From an uncultured Cytophagia bacterium (GTDB lineage: Bacteria; Zhuqueibacterota; Zhuqueibacteria; Thermofontimicrobiales; Thermofontimicrobiaceae): a DNA stretch of 34,063 bases. This document shows, piece after piece, positions 8,762-18,351 of this stretch (its first letter is position 1; each line of letters starts with the position of its first letter). The stretch is taken from positions 1 to 34,063 of the forward strand of contig CAZNDR010000001.1 in the NCBI GenBank assembly GCA_964571835.1, written 5' to 3'. The notes under the pieces are model-generated. The model was not told the DNA's origin and searched no databases. It worked only from the letters and a program-made list of their open reading frames with translations. The position numbers and the translations under genes were made by a program.

Positions 8762-10351
8762 CTAATTTCTGCTGTTAATCCAGATCGGACTGGACCAGGC
8801 CAGACTTCCGTTAGTTTGCGCAACCCTGAGATAATACCAATCAGCAGTTTCACCATGTTGTTTATCTTTGAATCGAAATTGTGTTTGATAATTATTAGCG
8901 AATACCAGTCGGTGAAATAAAATTGATTCAGTGGTGAAAGCGCCCGTGAAAATGATATCACTGGATTTTTCCAGTTCGCTCAATGTTTTGCTGAATTTCA
9001 TTTTTACCGGCAATGATAGTGACAATGTTAAAGTCGAAGCCAGCTTACCCAATATTTCCAATACAATGCCATTGGTGGCACGTCCTTCGTAGGCTTGCTT
9101 GCGTGAGGTGTAAGAAAATACCTTGCAGCCTTTTTCTGTAATATCAGTTATTTTATTGCGCCGGTTTTCATCAAAAGGTCCTGATTGAAAACAAGGAGTT
9201 ACTGAAAGCAAGTTGGCGTCAGAAATTAAAATAGAAAATTGCCAATCACAGATTCTCGTTATATTCAAATCGCCCCATGGTCCCCAGCCAAATTCGATCC
9301 GACAAAGAACAGGTTTTGTCCAACTGAGGTTGTTTACCTCTTTATCGATGGGATGGACGCGATGAATGACCTGATTATTGCGCAGAATTTCTGCTCGATC
9401 TAAAACATCTTTACCTTTTACTTTAGCAAAAATATTTCGCTGCGGTGCAAAAGCAATTATTTCGCCCATGAGCTTGCCATTGATTTGAAAATCAAGCTCG
9501 ATTCGGTCGCCGCTGACACCATAAGTATGTCTGGCTTTTATTGCGTGAAAGATAGCTTCACGAGTCAGTGTGTCTGCCAATACTGCCGCTAATCCTTCGC
9601 CATAGGCGCCGGGATAACCCAAATGATCATCGGTGCTGGCAACGACACCGACCTGAGCGCCAGCTTGCCAGAGCCATTGCAGCGTATTCTGGGTGTAACG
9701 ATCACCCATGCTGTGACTGGTGTATGGAAAGGGCGAGCGGTCGGATTCGGCATTGCCATGTTCAGAAAATATTTCCACTACTGGCGAGATGTCCAATGAT
9801 CCTAGGGCAGCCCAATTTTGGCCACGCCACCCTTGTTTGTAGCCTGGATGGTGAGGAATCAGGATCGCACGGTTTGCTCGTGCAAAGTCTTGAAATTCCT
9901 GCAGCGACTGCGGGCAGACTAATGCTGCGGTAGAATCAGGAAAAACAATATGAACATCGCCCATCGATCTGGAATGAAATTCATAGCCGATAAAGGACAC
10001 AAATTTACCGGGCTGATAATAATCGTTGGCAAATTGTTTGACCTTCCCCCAATTTTGTTTGGTGACTTTAAATCCCTCAACCCATTTAAAGTGCATGTTT
10101 TGCGGCATAATGGGCATATCATGCTATTGAGAGTGAGGCGTGAAACAAAAAAAATCAAGATGACTTTGAGCAATGTCATAGGTGCGTTCAAGCGAGCCTT
10201 GAGCGTAACCAATAGCGTTGTGATTGTGCAAATCTCCCTAATAAATCTTTTTTCCAGCCACAGGCAACGGTTCATTTAGTTTGTTGCCTTTTAACCAAGA
10301 GCCAGCCAGAAGAATCACAATGATAGACATAACTTGCCCTTGTTTTTTCAT
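8762..10351 (-). pseudogene. Secreted PHP-superfamily / DUF3604-like metal-dependent hydrolase with two in-frame TAG codons (10240-10238 and 10126-10124)
   Basis: The minus-strand ATG at 10351 has a GGAG SD. The 5' part reads MKKQGQVMSIIVILLAGSWL...GKKIY*GDLHNHNAIGYAQGSLERTYDIAQSHLDFFCFTPHSQ*HDMPIMPQ... and continues in frame into the 451-aa tracked ORF (8762-10117). PHP-type His/Asp motifs are GDLHNH, GDVHIV, IPHHPG and STDDH. Confidence 0.7.
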
Positions 10352-10381
10352 TTGTCAGGTTCTCCAATTTGATATGATGAA

Positions 10382-12331
10382 TTAAAGTTTTTCTATGCTT
10401 ATTACCGAGGCAGCAAAGTTGATAGATAAGTTATATTTTGTCTTTTCATATCTAATCTCGAGCGCACATTCAGCCTCTGATTCAGATGAAATCTCTGCTG
10501 AGTAAGCAGGCACTTCATTCAGCCGATAGGGAAAAGCAACGACAATAAATCGATAATTTTTTTGCCGATGCAACGGACTGATAGAAATAAAGTTATTCCA
10601 TTGAGTGGTTGTCTCCCTGGTTGCTTGATAGCGCGTTTCATGTCGCTCGAAGCGGACGATACGATTATTTGCATTGGTAGGCCTCATAAAGAGCAAATCT
10701 AAATTAACCTCAGCGTTGCTAATTTTAAACAATCCAGTAGTTGCTTCTTCCACTTCTTCACAGTAATGAAATAGCCACTCAAGTTTTCGCGGCTCAGTGG
10801 CGCACACGTCATCCACAATTACCATAAATTGATTTTCAATAAGTGCAATATAGCGATGAAAGCTATTGAGCAAATTGCCATAAGCCGAATCTGCTTGACC
10901 AACGACATATTGAAAGTTTTCAGTTGAAACAAAATTGATAATTCGTCCTCTGAATTTGTCACCGTAATTTTGCCCTTGTCCATCAACAAGGAGCGTATTA
11001 TGGGCGATTGTATGATTGCTTTCAAAATCCCAACGCTGATTTTGAACATCAAAAAATCCTAAATAATGCGCATAAGGCCAGTCATTCACATCAATGAGTA
11101 GCGGCTTGCCGTACGCTTCGATTATAAAAGAATTCAAATCAAGGTGCGAATGATTGACCGCAGTTTCACCAGATTTAAAGCCAATAAAAATCGCGTCATT
11201 TTCCCAACTGCTGCGCATTGTCGCCGCTTGAATGCCGGAAAAAAATTTCCCCAGTTCAAGATTATTCGGCTTTTTTGAAAGGAGATTTGCTTTGAAAAAA
11301 AGCAGGTCCTGAATGCTATGGCCGAGGTCTTTTTCTGCGCTCCATTGCCAGTAAGGATTTTGGTAATGCGAGGCAAATAGTGCCATGAGCCAAGGGCATG
11401 GCGGATGAATATCACAGTCAGAAAAATTGAAGCAGTTGCCAGCCGGCGTTCGCATGTAAAAGCCGAAATTTGCTGTCTTTTTTAGAAAAGGCAAGTCGTA
11501 CAAATTAACCGAGCCTTTGGAAACATGATACATCGCTTCTGCAAACATCGTTGCTTGGCCAATACCGTAGCCCCAGTAACTCACGCCTTCATGCCAGTCG
11601 CCATCGATTCCGCCATACGATAAAACAGCCACGACTCCGTCCATGGCATGATTAAGGATTGCTTTCACATCAGACACATTTTCAGCCAGTGCCAGCGCCA
11701 TGACGCCCATTTCTCCACAAATAACTGAACGCCAATTGTGGTGGGCGTTAGCCCAGCGCTCGGCTTTGGAAGCATAAATTTTCTGGAAGGGGAGTAAGGC
11801 TTTTTTTAATATTGCCTGTTCAATGGCGCGGCGTTCACTTTTTGAAAGCACAGGATAGAGCCAATCATAGCACAACGCTAAAATGTATCCCACGCCAGCA
11901 ACGCCCAGGTCAATTTGCAGCGGCTTGTGTTCCTCATAAACCCAATTATCCCAGTGAATCATTTGTTGGATAATTCCTTTGGCATAATTGGCATATCTGG
12001 CATTTTTAGTGAGCACATAAGCAAAGGCTAATTTTTCCGATTCAGACCTGGCGATATAACGCGATTCATTAAAACGTGAATAGTCGGGCAGCGGGCGGTT
12101 GGAAATGGAATCGCATTCGGAGAGAAAGGTAAGGATCCGAGGCGAATTAGTCTGGAATTGTTTGAAATAATTGTCAGCTTCTTTTAAATCGAAATATAAA
12201 CGAGGATGATTTTTGTCCTCAGGCGGTTGCCATTTTTGTAATTGATCAAAAAAAATCTCCTTTTCAATAGCAAAACCATGCGCAAAAGAGAACAAAGAAA
12301 AAAGCAAGACGATGGCAAATGATTTCAGCAT
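10382..12331 (-). CDS. Heparinase II/III-like (DUF4962-type) polysaccharide lyase family protein, secreted
   Basis: The ORF is 657 aa. The likely start is ATG 12331 (MLKSFAIVLLFSLFSFAHG signal peptide, GGAG 8 nt upstream) rather than TTG 12355. It has an alpha/alpha-toroid-like N-terminal half and HNTLLVDGQGQ in the C-terminal heparinase II/III-like half. Confidence 0.6.
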   Translation of the reverse strand: MLKSFAIVLLFSLFSFAHGFAIEKEIFFDQLQKWQPPEDKNHPRLYFDLKEADNYFKQFQTNSPRILTFLSECDSISNRPLPDYSRFNESRYIARSESEKLAFAYVLTKNARYANYAKGIIQQMIHWDNWVYEEHKPLQIDLGVAGVGYILALCYDWLYPVLSKSERRAIEQAILKKALLPFQKIYASKAERWANAHHNWRSVICGEMGVMALALAENVSDVKAILNHAMDGVVAVLSYGGIDGDWHEGVSYWGYGIGQATMFAEAMYHVSKGSVNLYDLPFLKKTANFGFYMRTPAGNCFNFSDCDIHPPCPWLMALFASHYQNPYWQWSAEKDLGHSIQDLLFFKANLLSKKPNNLELGKFFSGIQAATMRSSWENDAIFIGFKSGETAVNHSHLDLNSFIIEAYGKPLLIDVNDWPYAHYLGFFDVQNQRWDFESNHTIAHNTLLVDGQGQNYGDKFRGRIINFVSTENFQYVVGQADSAYGNLLNSFHRYIALIENQFMVIVDDVCATEPRKLEWLFHYCEEVEEATTGLFKISNAEVNLDLLFMRPTNANNRIVRFERHETRYQATRETTTQWNNFISISPLHRQKNYRFIVVAFPYRLNEVPAYSAEISSESEAECALEIRYEKTKYNLSINFAASVISIEKL

Positions 12332-12361
12332 TGTCAACTCCAGATTATCTGACAAATATTT

Positions 12362-13766
12362 TTAGGTGCGTAGCATTCTTTTTTGAAAAAACAAAAAATA
12401 AAATATCACGCCAACGATAAACAGCAAGCCCGTAACAAGCGTTACCTGATGAAATTTTTTGGGAATAGTGAGAAAACCAATCTCCGTTATCAGCCAAAGA
12501 ATAGCGAGAGCGAATATGGGATAGGTGAATTTGCCAAGCGTAAAACTTGTCGCTTTGAAATGTGCTTTGCGGCGGGCTGTACCGTAAGCGATAACGGTGA
12601 TAAGATAAATCAATGCCGGCAGAACGGCGGTCGCACCAACCAGCAAAGTCAAGGATTCGGCGAAACAGGTCGAAATAAAACTGAGAACAAGAATCAGCAA
12701 AGTGGCAGCAACCGGCGAATTGGTTGTTGGAGATATTTTTTTAAAAATGCGGCTAAAGAAAAAAAGTCCATCGCGAGACATGGCATAAATCAAACGACCT
12801 GCAGAGGTAATAATAATTAGACCACAGGCGAAGATTGAGATGCACACAAATACTAAAAAGAGCTTACCAATAAAAATGCCCAAGTTGGCTTCGATAATAA
12901 AGGGAAGCGGATTGCTTGACGCAAGCGCGTCATTGATATTAGGAATGGCTAAGGTGGCAGCGATCAAAAAGAATAAGCCAAAAATTCCGCTGAGGGCAAC
13001 CGAAGCAATAATGGCTCGTGGGACAGTTTTAGGAGCCTGAACAGTTTCTTCGCTCAAATTTGCCGATGTTTCAAAACCGACTAGCGTATATGAGCCCATT
13101 CGCATTGTCAGCATAAACGATATTATGTAGTCGACTCCTGGTGCGGCATGCCCTATATTCAGGAGAATAGCTGGTTCAGCACCTTTTTTAAGCGCGGCAA
13201 CTAGTAAAAAAATAGTCAAACCAATGATTCCAATTGTTTGTAAAAACTGCTGCATTATTGATGCAGGCAGCTAATTTTACGCCGATAATATTTAAGCTCA
13301 CTTGAGACACTATAGCACACAAGATAATGAGCTTGATATTAAAATCAGTGACAGGAACATTCAGCAAATCAGCTAATACTGGCGCTAGTCCCCAATCAAC
13401 GGCGGGGATGACAAGAACGAGAAAACAAAAAGAAAGCCAACCTGTTAACCAGCTTATGAACGGATTGGTTAATCTTTTGATCCACTGATAAGAATATCCG
13501 CTGACCGGAATAATCCCGGCGAGTTCGGCATATATAAGCGCTACCAATAATTGGCCAATCACCGTTATTGCCCAAGACCATAGGCCGGCCGGACCGGCTG
13601 TCTGCAACACAAATTTATAATTAGTGAAAATGCCTGTCGTGATGGAAATGAAGGAAAAAGCGACTGCAAAAGAACTAAATAACTTTAAACTCCTTTTTAA
13701 TTCCTGATGATAATGGAAAGTTTTCAGAATTTCAGTATCTTCATTGTTGGGACTGTTTTTTTTCAT
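12362..13766 (-). pseudogene. APC-family amino-acid permease split by a -1 frameshift in a homopolymer (plus-strand A5 at 13242-13246)
   Basis: The N-terminal part (13766 down to ~13250) reads ...GPAGLWSWAITVIGQLLVALIYAELAGIIPVSGYSYQW... The C-terminal part (13255-12362) continues the multi-TM permease. Adding one T to the minus-strand run GTTTTTA restores ...INNAAVFLQTIGIIGLTIFLL... Confidence 0.7.
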
Positions 13767-14039
13767 GTTCAGGCTCCGAATCGAATTTATGCAGTTTGAC
13801 ATGAACTTAAATTTCCGCTCCAAATTTTGCCTTGATGTGATTCGAAGATAGAAAGTAAATTTGTCATTGATCATACTGATAATTTTTTTAAGAATGGTCT
13901 AATCTTCCACATCCAACATTTATAATTCTCCCTTGTGCATTTTTCGTTTCAAGCTTCGCTTTGCGCCTTATGACTCATGCTTTGCGTTTCACCTTACACA
14001 GATCCTGTCTCACAAAAACTCTAACATGAGGAAACAGAT

Positions 14040-15551
14040 TCATTTCTTATCTCTATTTTCCCAACCCCTTGCTCTGGTCACAGCATGATTCCAATCGTTT
14101 ATTAAATTTGCATGCAAAGTTTCAGCCATGGTCGGTTGATAAATTTTTTTAACTTTCCTGAGTTTTTGAACCTCCTGAAGGCTGCTCCATACGCCGGCAT
14201 GAAGGCCGGCAAGAAATGCCGCACCCAAAGCAGTGGATTCGGCAATCTGAGGTATTTCCAATGAGATTCCAAGTATATCAGATTGAAACTGCATGAGGAA
14301 ATCATTTTTTGTCATGCCGCCATCGGCGCGCAATAGCTGAATTGGCTTTTTTAATAAGCTTTGCATTGCATCAAAAACATTTTTAACTTGATAGGCAATA
14401 GCTTCAAGCGTTGCTCTCACCAGATGCTCCTTTTTAGTGCATCCAGTAATTCCGACGATCGTTCCGCGAGCAAATGGATCCCAGTAAGGTGCAGCCAAAC
14501 CGGAAAAAGCGGGGACAAAAAAAACGCCGCCACTATCCGGGACGGTTTTTGCCATCATTTCTGTGGCTTCAACTTTTTGTATAATGCCCAAGCCATCTCG
14601 CAGCCACTGAATAGCCGCACCAGCAATATAAACGCCTCCATCAATGGCATAGGTCGTTTGCCTGTCGATTTGCCAGGCGATCGTTGTGAGCAAACCGTTG
14701 TCGGTTTGCACCGGAGAAGGGCCAGTATTCATCAATAGAAAGCAGCCTGTGCCATAAGTACACTTGATCATGCCTTCGTCAAAGCAGGCTTGACCAAATA
14801 GGGCTGCCTGTTGGTCGACCACTGAGGCACAAATAGGAAATTCGAAACCAAATAGCTCTTTTTTTGTAACGCCAAACGAAGCGCTGCTGGGCAATATTTC
14901 TGCCAAAAGCTGGTCAGGTATGTGGAATAATTTTAATAATTCTTCATCCCATGCCAAGGAATGGATATTAAAAAGCATGGTTCTCGAGGCGGTAGAAGGA
15001 TCAGTAAAAAAAGACCTTCCTCCTGTCAGCTTCCAGATCAGCCAGCTATCCATCGTTCCTGCTAATGCCTGTCGCTCTTTAATTTTTTGTCGGACCTCTG
15101 GCACCTTTTCGATAATCCATTTTATTTTAGTTGCCGAAAAATAGGCATCAGGAATGAGACCGGTTTTTTGTTTTATCAGCGATGCAAGATCGGAATTTTT
15201 TTTTAGCTCATCGACTACTGCACTGGTTCGCCGGCATTGCCAGACGATTGCGTTATAAAGTGGGATGCCGCTTTTTTTATCCCAAAGCATGACCGTTTCG
15301 CCCTGATTGGCGATGCCGATCGCCTTTATAGCTTGAAAATCGATCCCATTATTTTGTGCAAAACCGAGAACATTTTTTATTACTGTTTTGGTATTCTCCC
15401 AAATTTCGTTTGGATTTTGTTCCACCCAGCCAGGCCGAGGATAAAGTTGTTGCTGTTCCAGATAACTGGCACTTATAATTTCACAAACTTCGCTCAATAA
15501 AATAGCTCTGGTGCCCGTTGTGCCTTGATCAATCGCTAATACATATTTCAT
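14040..15551 (-). CDS. glpK: Glycerol kinase
   Basis: The N-terminus MKYVLAIDQGTTGTRAIL...YPRPGWVEQNPNEIWE is the FGGY kinase signature. The protein is 503 aa full length. SD GGAGGAGGG lies upstream. Confidence 0.92.
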   Translation of the reverse strand: MKYVLAIDQGTTGTRAILLSEVCEIISASYLEQQQLYPRPGWVEQNPNEIWENTKTVIKNVLGFAQNNGIDFQAIKAIGIANQGETVMLWDKKSGIPLYNAIVWQCRRTSAVVDELKKNSDLASLIKQKTGLIPDAYFSATKIKWIIEKVPEVRQKIKERQALAGTMDSWLIWKLTGGRSFFTDPSTASRTMLFNIHSLAWDEELLKLFHIPDQLLAEILPSSASFGVTKKELFGFEFPICASVVDQQAALFGQACFDEGMIKCTYGTGCFLLMNTGPSPVQTDNGLLTTIAWQIDRQTTYAIDGGVYIAGAAIQWLRDGLGIIQKVEATEMMAKTVPDSGGVFFVPAFSGLAAPYWDPFARGTIVGITGCTKKEHLVRATLEAIAYQVKNVFDAMQSLLKKPIQLLRADGGMTKNDFLMQFQSDILGISLEIPQIAESTALGAAFLAGLHAGVWSSLQEVQKLRKVKKIYQPTMAETLHANLINDWNHAVTRARGWENRDKK

Positions 15552-15607
15552 TAACTCACTGCCCTCCTCCTGAGGCGAGATAATTCTTTGACTTTGCTGC
15601 TCTTCTC

Positions 15608-15635
15608 ATTATAGAAAATATAAAATAAAAGTCAA
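15608..15635 (-). promoter_or_regulatory. sigma70-type promoter for glpK (TTGACT-N16-TATAAT on the minus strand)
   Basis: The minus strand reads gcTTGACTtttattttatattttcTATAATgag, about 50 nt upstream of the glpK ATG. Confidence 0.6.
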
Positions 15636-15922
15636 GCAAAAATTCATTATTATTGTGCTGTTGAAATGCAAAATTACGGTGCAGAAGATCAAACAATCTG
15701 ATTAAAAACCAGAGAGAATATTTTTACCTGAGTATTATTATGAGGCGAGAGAATGAACGTTTTCTTATAACTAGAAAAAATTTATGAATCTTTATGGCAA
15801 TTTATTAGTCATATAGTAAATCGATTTTGGCAAATTCTACAGCAAATTTATTATCATAAAAATGGGCGATAGGCTGTTTTGAAAAACCAGAGAATAATAA
15901 AGGCATAATTATAGAGCGCAAT

Positions 15923-17869
15923 ATGAAACCTTCCCGTTATTCACAACACCAGTATTATCTTCTCAAATCAATTTTAAATAAATTGAACGAGGGGGTAGTT
16001 GTTTCCGATCAGAAGGGAAAATTCCTCTTTTTTAATGCTATGGCTGAAGAAATTTTAGGAATCGGTCCCAAAAATGTCGACCAATCAGAATGGACAACCA
16101 TTTATGGATGTTATCATCCAGATAAAATTACCCCATTTCCTTCAGACAAATTGCCATTAGCTCAAGCTATTCAAGGCAAAGAAATTATTAATGAGTTGAT
16201 CTTTATTAAAAATCCCCAGCGTCCAGAAGGCAGATTTGTCGAGGTATCAAGCTATCCGCTCACTGACAGACATCATACTGTGATAGGTGCATCAGCAATC
16301 CTGCATGATGTCACAACCATCAAACAAGCAGAGATCGAAAAACAACAGAGTGAGGCAAAAATAAAAGCACAATTTAAGGGCTTTCCCATTCCCACCTACG
16401 TTTGGCAATATGCGAATAATGATTTTGTGCTCATTGATTACAATCAGGCAGCGGACCAATTCACCAATAAAAATGCCCGCCAATTCATCGGTCACAAAAT
16501 CAGCGAGCTGTTTGCTGACCTGCCAGAAGTAATAACTGATTTTCACAGATGCTTTCATGAAAAAACGACCTTAAACCGCGAGATGATGTCTTACTGGATG
16601 CGCACAACTAAACAAAAAAAGGAAATGATTTTTAATTATGTCTATGTTCCTCCGGATTTGATTGTACTTCATACTGACGACATCACCGAGCAGAAAAGAA
16701 ATTTAATAACTTTAAAAAAACTATCTAATGCAGTAAAACAAACAGCAGACAGCGTCATTATTACGGATAAAGAAGGCACAATCGAATACGTCAATCCAGC
16801 ATTTGAAAAAACAACTGGCTACAGCCGCTCCGAAGCTTTGGGAAAAACACCACGCCTGCTCAAGTCACAAAAGCATCCGGCAAATTTTTATATCAATTTA
16901 TGGAATACCATACTCAGCGGACAGTCGTATCGCGGCACTATCATTAATAAGAAAAAGAATGGAGAAATTTATTGGAGTGAACAAACAATTACGCCGATGA
17001 AAGATGAGTCAGGCAATATCACGAATTTTGTGTCAGTGTTAAAGGACATTACCGAGCGCAAGCAAAAAGAGGAACAGGAATTTCAATTACAGCTCGCCAG
17101 TGAGGTTCAGCAACGGTTGAACCGAAAAGCAAAAATTTCAGTACCCGGCTTTGATATTCAAGGGATCAACTTTCCAGCGGTCGAGACGAGTGGCGACTAT
17201 TTTGATTTTTTCTGGTTAGCTGATAGCAGCTTGGCAATTGTTATTGGTGACGTTAGCGGTCATGGCATTGGATCAGCTTTAATCATGGCTGAAACGCGTG
17301 CCTATTTGCGGTCGTTTGCAAAAATTGAATCTGATCCGGCAATGCTGCTCAATCGACTTAACAATGAATTGGTTAATGATTTGGATGATGGACATTATGT
17401 TACTTTGCTCGTTGCCCGTTTATTCCCACAGGACAAAAAAATGGATTATGCCTCAGCCGGACACCTGCCTTCATTCCATTTCAATGGAGAGGGCGAATTA
17501 ATAAATACTATGGAAAGCACTGGCATTCCGCTAGGTATAATCAAAAATTATCAGTACCAGAAAAGCGACTTGATCCAACTTGAGGCCAATGATATTATCG
17601 CATCATTGACTGACGGCATATCCGAAGCTCATAATGCACAATATCAGCAATTTGGCTTTGATCGGACATGCAATATTATTAGGCTTCATAAAAAGGACTC
17701 TGCTAAACAGATCATAAAACGCCTTTATCAGGAGGTTCGCAGCTTTTCTAATGCTACGACGCAGGAAGACGATATCACCTCGATAATCTGCAAGGTGCAG
17801 GCGTCAAACGAATCAGATCAGGCCATGCTCCCAACGCAGTTTAAAGGAAAAAAGCAAAGGCAGCGATGA
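15923..17869 (+). CDS. Multi-PAS sensor fused to a PP2C/SpoIIE-type serine phosphatase (RsbU-like)
   Basis: PAS-like segments include LNEGVVVSDQKGKFLFFN and AVKQTADSVIITDKEGTIEYVNPAFEKTTGYSRSEALGKTPRLLKS. The SpoIIE core reads SGDYFDFFWLADSSLAIVIGDVSGHGIGSALIMAETRAYLR...TDGISEA...DDITSIICKV. Confidence 0.85.
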   Translation: MKPSRYSQHQYYLLKSILNKLNEGVVVSDQKGKFLFFNAMAEEILGIGPKNVDQSEWTTIYGCYHPDKITPFPSDKLPLAQAIQGKEIINELIFIKNPQRPEGRFVEVSSYPLTDRHHTVIGASAILHDVTTIKQAEIEKQQSEAKIKAQFKGFPIPTYVWQYANNDFVLIDYNQAADQFTNKNARQFIGHKISELFADLPEVITDFHRCFHEKTTLNREMMSYWMRTTKQKKEMIFNYVYVPPDLIVLHTDDITEQKRNLITLKKLSNAVKQTADSVIITDKEGTIEYVNPAFEKTTGYSRSEALGKTPRLLKSQKHPANFYINLWNTILSGQSYRGTIINKKKNGEIYWSEQTITPMKDESGNITNFVSVLKDITERKQKEEQEFQLQLASEVQQRLNRKAKISVPGFDIQGINFPAVETSGDYFDFFWLADSSLAIVIGDVSGHGIGSALIMAETRAYLRSFAKIESDPAMLLNRLNNELVNDLDDGHYVTLLVARLFPQDKKMDYASAGHLPSFHFNGEGELINTMESTGIPLGIIKNYQYQKSDLIQLEANDIIASLTDGISEAHNAQYQQFGFDRTCNIIRLHKKDSAKQIIKRLYQEVRSFSNATTQEDDITSIICKVQASNESDQAMLPTQFKGKKQRQR

Positions 17870-18192
17870 GATTTGTCGCTCTTTTGCTGAACGCAGGCAG
17901 TCTGAATCTCAAATCATTGCTCTGATTTTTAAAGATTGATTTTTGCCGATAACTCAAAATTCAACAAATTTGTTGATTGAAGAAATTTTGTCTTCGCTAA
18001 GCATACATTATTTTGCTTTTTAAATGTCCAGTTTTTTCCGGATCGCAAAATCGTCCACTCTAACTTGCAGCTGATATTATTTGACCTTCTGTCCACCATT
18101 CAATGGCATGCAAGCCATTAACTTCTCTACTAATAATGAAAATCAAATAAAAACTGGAAATAAGCGAGGGAAATTTTTTATCAAAAATTCCC

Positions 18193-18221
18193 TTGACTAA
18201 ATCACAAAAAGTTAGTATTAT
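18193..18221 (+). promoter_or_regulatory. sigma70-type promoter for selC (TTGACT-N17-TATTAT)
   Basis: TTGACT lies at 18193-18198, followed by a 17-nt spacer and TATTAT at 18216-18221. This is about 27 nt upstream of the tRNA 5' end. Confidence 0.6.
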
Positions 18222-18248
18222 TGCAGCAGCTTTTGATGAGTCTTATTT

Positions 18249-18346
18249 GGGAATGCAAGGGTACCTGGTGGGCCCCGCGGACTTCAAATCCGTAGTGTTG
18301 CGGCAACAGTCGTGATAGGTGGGTTCGATTCCCACACATTCCCGCC
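18249..18346 (+). tRNA. selC: tRNA-Sec-like gene, anticodon UCA (reads UGA), ~96 nt with a long variable region
   Basis: The acceptor pairs GGGAATG(C) with (A)CATTCCC, followed by discriminator G. The anticodon arm is GCGGA-CTTCAAA-TCCGT. The T arm GTGGG-TTCGATT-CCCAC is canonical. There is a 25-nt variable region (AGTGTTGCGGCAACAGTCGTGATAG), and the D arm can be drawn as GGTACC-TGGT-GGGCCC (6 bp/4-nt loop) with two mismatches. Confidence 0.75.
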
Positions 18347-18351
18347 GCGTG

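Noticed and set aside
9919-10279. ORFs 9919-10275 (-) and 9950-10279 (+) near the 5' end of the PHP-like gene
   Set aside because: These are alternative frames over the region whose real frame encodes the signal peptide and GDLHNH motif in frame with the 451-aa ORF. They appear long only because the true frame is broken by TAGs.
13767-14039. 273-nt leader upstream of the APC permease as a possible amino-acid riboswitch (contains a repeated CGCAAAGC)
   Set aside because: I could not recognise any lysine, glycine, SAM or T-box consensus or convincing conserved helices by eye. It would need an Infernal/Rfam scan before any claim.
17905-17945. Weak hairpin AAATCA-ttgctc-TGATTT after the PAS-SpoIIE gene as its terminator
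   Set aside because: The stem is only 6 bp, AT-rich, and has a poor T-tract, which is not strong enough to annotate.
18249-18346. The UCA-anticodon tRNA acting as the suppressor for the interrupted genes
   Set aside because: Its anticodon reads UGA, whereas all six in-frame stops are UAG or UAA. No other tRNA is visible in the window.
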